This document shows positions 41,009-51,993 of a stretch of DNA of 64,000 nt, piece by piece. Under the pieces are notes generated by a model that worked only from the letters and a program-made list of their open reading frames with translations, was not told the DNA's origin and searched no databases. The stretch is from Takakia lepidozioides (Eukaryota; Plantae; Bryophyta). The DNA lies in assembly GCA_030704615.1 (NCBI GenBank), contig CM060732.1, positions 29,326,001 to 29,390,000 on the forward strand. Direction: 5' to 3'. The translations under genes were made by a program, and so were the position numbers. Within the stretch, counting starts at the first letter, position 1; every line of letters begins with the position of its first letter.

Positions 41009-43047
41009 CACCTTCATGACACACCAGACCGTGGTTTGAACCCACAACCACATCCAATATGGTATGTGGAAGGAACATATAAAGATAAAGTTTTTTTAAC
41101 ATCCAGTGAAGTTACAGAGCCTACTGCTCAACACACAGGCCATCGAGGGCCCAATGGACGGTCTGAAGGCCCATGTTGAAGGATTGAACCCAAGATCTCC
41201 ATTTATTTATCCTACATGTAGGGGTGTCTATTCATTTATCCTACGAATAATGGGTAAAGGCCAATATTTTTGACTGGGTAAGGATAAATACCAGGCAAGG
41301 ATAAGTGATTTATCCTTTCTATATTCGCCGATAAATAAAGGATATAATGAAGCATACATAGTTTTTTTTAATAAAGGAAACCTTTTTTTCTTTTTTCTTT
41401 TTTTCTTTTTTTCTGAGAAGAGGAAACCTGGGAGCGACAGCCCACAATTCAGGCCCTTGAGGAGAGGGAAAAATTAACCCCATTTCATTTATGGGCCATG
41501 AGACTTACAGGACAAAAAATTGGTTTTTTTGTTTGTTATCAAAAATATAACTAATTGATTAAGATAATCAATTTTTGGTTTTGGTTTTGGTTTTTTTTTT
41601 ATTTTTTTTATTTAAAAACAGGGGGAATGCCCTGGTTAACTTTATATAAAATATTTTGGGGGCTAGCCCTAATACATTATTTAGGTTTATTTGGGGAAAA
41701 AAATTAAAACCCCTAATCGCCATAAGGCACACTCACCGTAATCAGTGGATGGAGAACTTAGTCGGAGAGCGACTCCTTTGGGCAAGTAGCAAGACAACTG
41801 TGGCGACCAACTGTCTAAAGCGATCGATCAAACCATTAACAGTAGAATTGGGATATAGTTAGGCTAATCCGATCAGGAAGTTTCCTAGGGATTAGCGACC
41901 AGCCAATCCCACCGGCTAATTATTGTTCAACGGTAGTTGAGCCTAGAAGCTGTCGTTGTGGATTTTATGTGTTTCCAGTTAACCTCCCGGTCGAATTCCG
42001 GGGAAGCTGTGGATTGTTGAGCGCCTGTTTCGCCATTGTAAGGGCGGAAGCTTCGGCCAGATGCAGCAGTCCTCCGAGGAGGTGACACATATGAGGTCAT
42101 GACGGGCCCAGGTGTTCCTGAATGCCTCGTAGATGGCCTCCGCTTCTCTTGAATTGCGTTGGATGTCTGCACAAAGTTTAGCCCAGGCCTTACGGGATTC
42201 AATACCCAGATCATAGAAGATGAGTGCCATGAATGCAGATATTGAGGTAGTGTTTCCAGAGAAGGTTTTGGCGCGTCTCGCTTTCCATAGGTGCCATAGG
42301 ACGGATCCTCTAAGAGCTTCGAATACAGGGCATGGGAGAGATTTCTGTTTGGATTGAGGGTTGTAATCGAGGAGGATGTCAGTAACTGATAGAGGCCTGG
42401 GGCTCCAGTGTCTATAAAAATCCTTTACAAGAGGCTAGATGGTACGGGGGGCCAGGCATCCCAGAAGCGCATGCTCTATGGTTTCCAGTATACCCGAGGG
42501 GCAGCATGCGAAGAGGAGCGAGGAATGGAATTGAAGCCACTCCCCCACTTTCAGTACCCTGCTAGCAATCTGCCAGAGGATTGTCGCCACCTTGGCTGGG
42601 CATGTCTTTATCCAAATAGATCCCCAGCAGCGTAGCAACGGCGTGAGCCCAGCCCCGTGAGCCTGGGAGCTGAGCTCACGTTCAAGCTTTGAAGCGTGAG
42701 CTGAGCTCACGCTTCAGGGAAGCGTGAGCGGCATGAATCTGCTGGAGAAGCAGGTCCTATAGGCGAGGATTGCAGGAAGAGGGCCTATTACCGTGGACAA
42801 AACAAAGGAGGCCACCATGCACCATGTCTGCAATGCGTGCCAAAAAAGAGGAATATGTAAATATGGCAGATTTGAGCTCAGAATGATTGACACAGTTTAT
42901 TTCAATTCACAGAGAGACGCTTACAATGAATCGCAAGTGCATTTGCCCTGGTTCCGTGAACGAAATGTATATGTTTGTCATAAAATGAAAAGTCTTCACA
43001 CGGCAACCTGGAAACCAGCATGGGAAGCGGGCATGGCTCGTATGTGT

Positions 43048-45152
43048 TCAAAGAGAAGTTGGCGGAGCTCTACGCGAGGTGTCCCGCTGCAGAAGGGTGA
43101 TGACTTCTCCGTAGCCTAGTGTGGCTTGGTGAATGAATTGGTCTCTCTTACCGTCGCAACACATAATTACAAGGTATATGTAATATTGATGCTTGCAGGG
43201 GACCCACTTCCCTCTCATGCCGAGAGCGCCCTCACGCATTGTTACAAAATCCGGACAAGTGCACGATGGGAAATTCCCGATGGTAACCTGATATTCTTTG
43301 GCATGAAGAACTGAGCCAATTGACAGCACTGTGTAAATCCGTCCATACCCCGGGGAAGGGACTTCGGTGATACGAGTCACCCTAGCCTGCAAAATTCTAG
43401 CCGATTCCATCTTGCATTCGTGATCTGCACCCGAAGCAACACGGCGCACTGTTTTTCCATCTCTTTTTGTTGGGTGGGAGTCGGCACCGGGTGGAGGCAT
43501 TGTCGGAGCATGTGGCACATCTGTGCCGACAGTGCATAAGGGCACCACCCGGGACCGTGCAAGACAAAACCCTCCCTCCTCGAGCATGCTTATCTCGGTT
43601 GAGGACAGCGATGTCCCAATTTTCACAGGCCAAATTGCGGGGGGAGGGGGCTTCATTATCACGGAAGGACGAACTGTTCCCTTCACGCATCGTGCCATAT
43701 CGTCTGGGCAGAACCAAAACTTGTGCTCTTTTGACTCCCCACTATGGTAAGGTCGGAACAACCCTGTGAATGTTGGAGCTGGAGTCCCCCTGGAGCCTTT
43801 GCATATTTTTGATTTGCATTTCTTGAATGAGGGGGTCCGAATTGCCATGCAAGCCACTCTAGATCCCGGTGGGGTGCGTTCTATATGCCAGTCACTATCA
43901 ATGCAATCAGATTCCTGCACCATGGCCACCACCTCCTCCAATGGGATTTCCGCTGCTATGCTTGCATGTTCTGCACCTGCTCCACAGGAGGAGGACCCAC
44001 CTGGGAAGGGGCCGGCACAGGACTTAGTCTGCACTGGAGACACCTTTGGCACAGAGAAATTGACCCTGTCTGGCCTATGGGAATCTCCATCTGACCCTGG
44101 AAGAGTGTTTAATTTCCTTTTGCATGATCCAAATCTTTCCTCGCCTTCCAAATGGGGGAGCCTGGATTGCAGAGGGGAGCCTTCAGTGCACCTGTTTAGA
44201 GCTCTGGCCATCTTTGACGGGTCTCCGGACCTACTCGCAGCCCTTAGCATCAACAAAGTCGTATCGGGGCCCTTCCCTCCACCCCGTCCCATCAGAAAAT
44301 TGCGGTACCTGGTTTGTTGTGTAAGTGCCCGCACCATGTCATCAGCAGTGGCCACATACAAGTCACGACCTGCTTTGGTAGACTGTTGCATCCAGGCGTT
44401 GTGAACAGTCTCTGCCAAATTACACGATGGCATGTCGGCCAAGTCCTCCAAGGACATGTCCTGCAGGAGGCATTGCATGGAAATGTGAGGAAGGAAAAGA
44501 AATGGTAGAGGTTCTTCAAGTGACAATCGAACAACCCCAAATGAACAGGCACGATGCAAAGTGCAATTTGTGTTTAAGGAAAACTTGTGAGGCTTACCGT
44601 CGTCATGAAAGCTCCCCACTGTCTGTACCTGAAGTGCCAGAAAACCAACCAGTCCTCCAACTCCTTCAGGTGGATACCTGTAGCAGCACCAGAGGAGAAC
44701 CACCAAGCCTGGATTGCCTGGTAAGTGCTCTCAGCTTCTCCCATTGAGGTGGCATTCTTGTACTTCAGACAGAGCCTTCTATGCTCCAACTGAAGGTCAG
44801 GGCGAATGTAGCGCTTTGTATGACGTGCCAGAGATTGACTCCAATGGAAGAGGCATGTGCGCTCCCTATTTTCCATTGGGACCCTAGGATCCCCCGAACC
44901 AAACACGCGCCGCACTGCATTGAAATTTGCCTGTGCACTATCAGCCATGAAGCCCGCAAAATTTGTGTTCTGTATTCCATTGCGCTGCATGACGGCCAGG
45001 AGGGAATTCCACATGAGCATCTGGGATTCAGTGTCCTCCGACTGCATATCACAAATTGCTATGGAGAGCACACGCTGGTACGCTGGATCATACACATGGC
45101 ACGCCATGGTTGTCCAACCCTTCACCCGTTTGCAGTGATCAAACATTAACCT
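43048..45152 (-). CDS. Mutator-family DDE transposase with C-terminal SWIM zinc finger (5' part missing)
   Basis: Exons 45152-44598 and 44460-43048: MFDH (D1), FMADSAQANFNAV (D2), CLFH (CxxH), NLAETVH (E), SWIM CTCPDF..WVPCKHQY. The frame begins abruptly at the edge of the tandem array. Confidence 0.9.
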
Positions 45153-47720
45153 GTTTGAGCTGAACATTTCAATGTTTCTGGGTGCTAAATTTGGACTTCA
45201 GGGTGACCTGTTTGAGGATGAAATGAACCCTTCACTGTCAGCCCAAACAGTGTGCGGCAACGCACACTGTTTGAGCTGAACATTTGAATGTTTCTGGGTG
45301 CAAAATTTCGACTTCAGGGTGACCTGTTTGAGGATGAAATGAACCCTTCACTGTCAGCCCAAACAGTGTGCGGCAACGCACACTGTTTGAGCTGAACATT
45401 TCAATGTTTCAGGGTGCAAAATTTGGACTTCAGGGGCACCTATGTGAGGATGAATTGAACCCTTCACTGTCAGCCAAAACAGTGTGTGGCAAGGCACACT
45501 GTTTGAGCTGAACATTTCAATGTTTCTTGGTGCAAAATTTGGACTTCAGGGGCACCTGTTTGAGGATGAAATGAACCCTTCACTGTTAGCCCAAACAGTG
45601 TGCGGCAACGCACACTGTTTGAGATGAACATTTCAATGTTTCTGGGTGCAAAATTTGGACTTCAGGGGCACCTATAATAGGATGAAATGAACCCTTCACT
45701 GTCAGCCCAAACAGTGTGCGGCAACGCACACTGTTTGAGCTGAACATTTCAATGTTTCAGGGTGCAAAATTTGGACTTCAGGGACACCTATAATAGGATG
45801 AAATGAACCCTTCACTGTGAGCCCAAACAGTGTGCGGCAACGCACACTGTTTGAGCTGAACATTTCAATGTTTCAGGGTGCAAAATTTGGACTTCAGGGG
45901 CACCTATGTGAGGATGAAATGAACCCTTCACTCTCAGCCAAAACAGTGTGCGGCAACGCACAATGTTTGAGCTGAACATTTCAATGTTTCAGGGTGCAAA
46001 ATTTGGACTTCAGGGGCACCTATGTGAGGATGAATTGAACCCTTCACTGTCAGCCAAAACAGTGTGCGGCAACGCACACTGTTTGAGCTGAACATTTCAA
46101 TGTTTCAGGGTGCAAAATTTGGACTTCAGGGGCACCTATAATAGGATGAAATGAACCCTTCACTGTCAGCCCAAACAGTGTGCGGCAACGCACACTGTTT
46201 GAGCTGAACATTTCAATGTTTTAGGGTGCAAAATTTGGTCTTGCTGTCTGTTATCTGAGGATGAAATGAACCCTTCACAACCAGCTCACACAATGTGCCG
46301 CAACGCACACTGTTTGAGCAGATCTTTTCAATGTTTTAGGGTGCAAAATTTGGTCTTGCTGTCTGTTATCTGGGGGTGAAATGAACCCTTCACTGCCAGC
46401 TCAGACAGTGTGCGGCAACGCACACTGTTTGAGCTGAACATTTCAATGTTTTAAGGTGCAAAATTTGGTCTTCAGGGTATGTTATCTGAGGTTGAAATGA
46501 ACCCTTCACAACCAGCTCAAACAGTGTGCGGCAACGCACACTGTTTGAGCAGATCTTTTCAATGTTTTAGGGTGCAAAATTTGGTCTTGCTGTCTGTTAT
46601 AAATGAACCCTTCACTGCCAGCTCAGACAGTGTGCGGCAACGCACACTGTTTGAGCTGAACATTTCAATGTTTCAGGGTGCAAAATTTGGACTTCAGGGG
46701 CACCTATCTTAGGGTGAAATGAACCCTTCACTGCCAGCTCAGACAGTGTGCGGCACCGCACACTGTTTGAGCTGAACATTTCAATGTTTCAGGGTGCAAA
46801 ATTTGGACTTCTGGGGCACCTATAATAGGATGAAATGAACCCTTCACTGTCAGCCCAAACAGTGTGCGGCAACGCACACTGTTTGAGCTGAACATTTCAA
46901 TGTTTCAGGGTGCAAAATTTGGACTTTAGGGGCACCTATGTGAGGATGAAATGAACCCTTCACTGTCAGCCAAAACAGTGTGCGGCAACGCACACTGTTT
47001 GAGCTGAACATTTCAATGTTTTAGGGTGCAAAATTTGGTCTTGCTGTCTGTTATCTGAGGTTGAAATGAACCCTTCACAACCAGCTCACACAGTGTGCGG
47101 CAACGCACACTGTTTGAGCAGATCTTTTCAATGTTTTAGGGTGCAAAATTTGGTCTTGCTGTCTGTTATCTGGGGGCGAAATGAACCCTTCACTGCCAGC
47201 TCAGATAGTGTGCGGCAACGCACACTGTTTGAGCTGAACATTTCAATGTTTCTGGGTGCAAAATTTGGACTTCAGGGGCACCTGTTTGAAGATGAAATGA
47301 ACCCTTCACTGTTAGCCCAAACAGTGTGCGACAACGCACACTGTTTGAGATGAACATTTCAATGTTTCTGGGTGCAAAATTTGGACTTCAGGGGCACCTA
47401 TGTGAGGATGAAATGAACCCTTCACTGTCAGCCCAAACAATGTGCGGCAACGCACACTGTTTGAGCTGAACATTTCAATGTTTTAGGGTGCAAAATTTGG
47501 TCTTTAGGGTAACATTTCTGGGGATAAAATGAACCCTTCACTGTCAGCTCAAACAGTCTGCGGAACCGCACACTGTTTAGGCAGAACATATCAATATTGA
47601 AGGGCGCAACCTTCGGCCCTCATGGGCACATATCTGAGGATGAAATGAATCCTTTACTGCCAGCTCAAACAGTGTGCGGCAACGCACAATGTTTGAGCAG
47701 AACTTTTCAATGTTCTTTCC
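45151..47720. repeat. ~116-bp palindromic tandem array (~22 units), reverse orientation of array A
   Basis: CAAACAGTGTGCG-GCAA-CGCACACTGTTTG at 45244, 45360 and onward; variant blocks recur, indicating higher-order duplication. Confidence 0.97.
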
Positions 47721-47873
47721 CTGTGAAAATCGGGAACATAGGGCAGGTCCGTGAGGATCAATGAACACTTACCTGGCAGCTCAAAGAACACTTACCTGTT
47801 TGATCCCACTTTTTCATGCATCAGTCGACGTTTCATTCCTCTCTTATAAGAATTTGAGTGAACAACCTTGCAG

Positions 47874-50800
47874 GAGAAAATGCAAAGTGTGGCGGATGAG
47901 GTCCCTCAGGGTCAAGGGAAGGAGACCATAGTTGATGTTGACGATGAGTTTTATGAAAGCAAAGCCGCTGAGATGCTGGGGGGTCAAAAGGTGAACTCTC
48001 AGCTTGTGGTTCAAAGTATGCTTGCTCCTGGTGGGAGGTTGAAGATTCCCCTGTGTAGGTTGGTTTCCATGCCCGTCGTTCGTCCACCCCTTGTCAAAGA
48101 CATTCTCAAGCTGGAGGCCGAGTTTGTTCATGGGTATTTGGATGGATCAGCAGTCTTGTACGTTTCTACTAGGGATTCTAGAGGTAACGAGCTCCTTGTG
48201 GATGAGTCAATCGTCGACTCCTGGGACCCCATTTGGAGACAGGTGAACGAATCCTTCGAACTTCTTCTCTCCAGGAAACCTTCCACCCAGGTATTCTCGG
48301 GGAAGATGTTTCACGTTTGGGATGGCAACCACCGGTTGCTTGCATGGATGGCTGTCATTGGGAGGCTGCACTCACAGGAGGAAGAGTGGCATATACTCTG
48401 TTCGATCGATGGTGCTTGATTGTGACGACAACATGATGGGTCTTCTGACGGCAATGAATGATGTGAACAGGTTGGTTTCTCATTGTACACGTTGCACTTC
48501 TGGTTCCGTTCTTCCTTGATTGAAGTCCTTGAATTACATTCTGAAATTCAGATATCATTCTGCAGAGGGACGGAGACATCGCATGTCAAAACGAGTCTGG
48601 TTCACACACTGTATAGGATACAAAGGATCGGGCAGATGCCCTTGACCAACTTCAAGACCATCCTTTCGGCAGAGATGTATAAGAAATGCGAAAGCTCCAA
48701 GACTTCGGAAACATGGTACTCGTTGACCCGTGAGGCTTTCATGGAGTACATGTACACGGTGAGATACATCTTCCTTCATCTGGCCTTTCCATATTCCTGC
48801 TTCCACATGTTTGTTTCTGTCTGTCTCCCTTGACCTTGGATTGATGCAACTCTCTTGCATTCCCTTGCAGCAAGACATTGCAGATGCAGGGGAGCGTGGC
48901 AAACTGGAATACTACAGCTCTATCCCTGAGGAGAGAAGGACAGCAAAGGGGGTTGAAAGTCACATCCAGAAGGAGGTGAACGCTACAAGAAGGACAATAA
49001 TGAGTGCTTTTGTGAAGCAGTTGAGAATGGCCGACCCATCATTCGGGCCGCAGTTTCTCCTGGAGATAAAAAACCATTATAACAAGCCAGGCAAGCCGGA
49101 GATGGCCCAGGAGAAGTTGCACAGGTTGTCTACCGCCGTCGTGTCTTCTGAACAGAAGGTGAAGTGGCTACAGATATGGAACTCCGATCCCACAGTTAGG
49201 GATACCCACATGTTCCCAAGGCCAGAGAAAGAGAAGAAGACCCAGCGTGTCGTTCCTGTCAGTGACAATGTGCTGGACACCTGGCTTCACAAGGCCACTT
49301 ACTGGAGCCAGGTGTGATGTCCTCTCGTATCTCACTTTCTTTTCTCTTTTCCTGTCCTTCTCTTCCCATTGCCTCTTACATTCGCTGTGACTGTTTTTGG
49401 GTTCATTCTTCCATTTCAATTGTTTTGCAGTTGGAAGAAAGGGCCCGATCGGTTCTGCATACTCAGCTGGCTGACTATGGCATCACTATGACAGCTCCGA
49501 AGGTCTCCTTCGAAGCTTACATGATGAAATGGAGAGCCACAGTGTGGCACTCTGGTTTCTTTAGAGAGTTCAGCAAGGAGGGTGGCATCAGTCGAACAAA
49601 TGAGCTTGACCAGCAGGAAAAAGGAGAGGAAGCCTGGAAACGATGCCTTTACAGGTGCACACCCTTGCACTCTTTACTTGTGTTGTGGTTGTAATGTGTT
49701 GTGTGGCATACTGTTTAAGGGGGTCTTCCTGGTGTGTTGAAAAAGCTGGGACACAATATGTGCACTGGAAAATGAGGCTGTGTCTGTTCCTGCAGGTACA
49801 TTAGGTTTGTTCTCTTGGAAGAGAATTGCTAGGACAAACATCCAGATTTCGTGGACCTTTGGCTTGTCCCTGCTGGCAACCAGACCATGTTCACTGCTGG
49901 GATCTTGCATGACTGGGGCCCAGACCATCTTTCTTCTTGTGGTTGGTATTTGGATTGCCCTCCTTCAGAGACCCCAGCTGTAGAGTTGTCTTTGAGGAGA
50001 GAGAATGACCGTATTGCAGCCACTGCCGCAGCAGCGGACCTCGACATTCATGAGCGTAATCTGAGGACTCTTGCAGAGAAGGAGCCTCCCGCTCAGGATA
50101 CCCCGGGTAGAGGAAGAAAGGCAAAGGGAAAAGATGTTGCTGGTGTTGTGGGGAAGGGAAGGGGTAGAGGGAAGGTGGCACAAGGGCAGGGAAGTGTTGC
50201 AGCTATTGGCCCTGTGGAGCATGTCCAGCAGACTCCACCGCATGGTAGGGGATCCGGGAGAAAAAACAAGGGGGTGGTTGATCCCAAGGACCCGTACCAT
50301 GCAGTGGAACATCCCACGAGGGTCATTCGTCCAACCAGGTTGGAGATTGCCAACGTCGGGTTCCTTGCCATGATGGAGTCGAAGAAATCTGATTACAAGG
50401 GCGAGCCATCACCAGTGTGGGAGAGGATTGTCGAGTTCCTCAGCACGGTGCGTGTTCTCTTTGGGTTCTGTGGCTTCTGCTCTCTTTGTCTGCTGTGGGC
50501 ATGGATCGTTTATAAACTTGTCAGAATTCCATTGTATTTTTTTTGCAGGCTAAAATGACCAAATCGTGGGTGAACGGGAAGGAGAAGCCATATGCAGCGG
50601 AACTCATCATCTTGGACATCCCTGATGGGTTGGCAGTCCCGGATATCCCTCCATCGGGTGCTTGTCCGGGTTGGAATGCATTTGATGAGCGCTACTGGCG
50701 GTGGGTTTTTTCCTTTTGCAACTTCTTCCTTTCCGATGCAGGTGTTTTGGTTCTCATCCAGTCCATCGATGTTCGGTGTCGCCGTGCCCTTGCCAGCTAT

Positions 50801-51993
50801 TTGAAAGCCTCGGGCATGAGAGTCGTGAAGACATGGAATTGTGTGAACAGCATGTACCTTACGAAGGGGGATCGTCCGGGAGAGATGGTGAGTTTCCCTT
50901 CTTCTTCCTCTTCTTTTTTGTTCTGGGATTGTGTTGTATAGGTCGCTCGAACTCATATGTAGGGGCCCGATTTTATTTTGGTTCTTAGTTCCTTGTGGAT
51001 GTCATGTTCGCAGACTCGTCTGTTTGAAGCTGTTTGTCTCGTCCGGGTGCATCCACCAACGACTCCGGCCGGCATTACGGAGTTTGCCATCACTCACGGG
51101 GGCAAGTTCATAGATGACAGGACAGATCCTCCCACGGATGACATGCATCACAACTACGTCGACAGCAACTTGTGCTTGCGAAGGGGGAATGGGGTTCCTT
51201 GGAGAGGGGCGAGGGAGAGGAGCCCGGCTTTCATTCAAACGATTGTGGAGTGCTGCACCTACACAGACGCCAGAGTTCTGGATTTGTCGATGGGCACAGG
51301 TTCGTCTCTTCAACATTCACATTTCATGAGGTTTGATTGAGCTTGCACTTTCAGCACTTTCCACCGTTCCGAATGTGTCTTCAATGTCTGCTTACTTCAT
51401 TCTATTCCACTGCAGGTGCTTTGTACCACGCTTGCAAGGCCAGTGCGCGACATGTCTTTGGGATTGAAGGGGATGCTGAGATTTACAAGAACCTCCTGAT
51501 GGGTTTGGGTGGACACACTTCTCAGGTCCTTCCGAAGCCCCGTCCCGCTGATACTGGTACAGAGGAGACTTCTGACAAGGAGCTGGACTCCGACTTTGCC
51601 TGTGAGTAAGTTCAACCTGTGCATGCTTGCATTGTTGTTTCAATATCGAGAATCGCTGTTCTTGAGGCAAAGTGCACATGGGAGACATCCTCTTCGTTGG
51701 ACTTGTGCATTGCATCATTGTGTTAAAAATGGGATTTTGTGGACATGTGTAGGAGTCCGCGTGCTTCCACTTGCCCTCCTGGGCTATCACACCTATTTGG
51801 ACTTGTTTGTAGTCCTCCTCGGTCTTGTGTGCTACCTGTCTATGCGGAGGCACTCGCAGCAAGCATGTCCGTTCATGGCACTCAGAGTCCACCTTGCGAT
51901 GGCCTTCGTAGAACACGTGGTGTTGGGGCCAGAATCTTTGTAGATGACATAGCACAGGAGGTGGACACTGATTGTGATGACTGCGACACTTGA
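47874..51993 (+). pseudogene. ParB/Srx-like + beta-class DNA methyltransferase-like cargo gene, copy B (exon 1 deleted; frameshift ~48392; TAG at ~49830)
   Basis: Exons with GT-AG sites: 47874-48470 (ParB-like, WDGNHRL), 48566-48758, 48871-49311, 49431-49654, 49796-50447, 50549-50888 (ILDIPDG), 51014-51299 (RSPAFIQTIVECC..VLDLSMGT), 51416-51601 (GA..RHVFGIEGD), 51943-51993. Confidence 0.88.

Noticed and set aside
47874-51993. Bacterial contamination or a prophage/plasmid parB-MTase locus
   Set aside because: The gene has multiple spliceosomal introns and lies inside a TSD-bounded eukaryotic transposon nested in a LINE.
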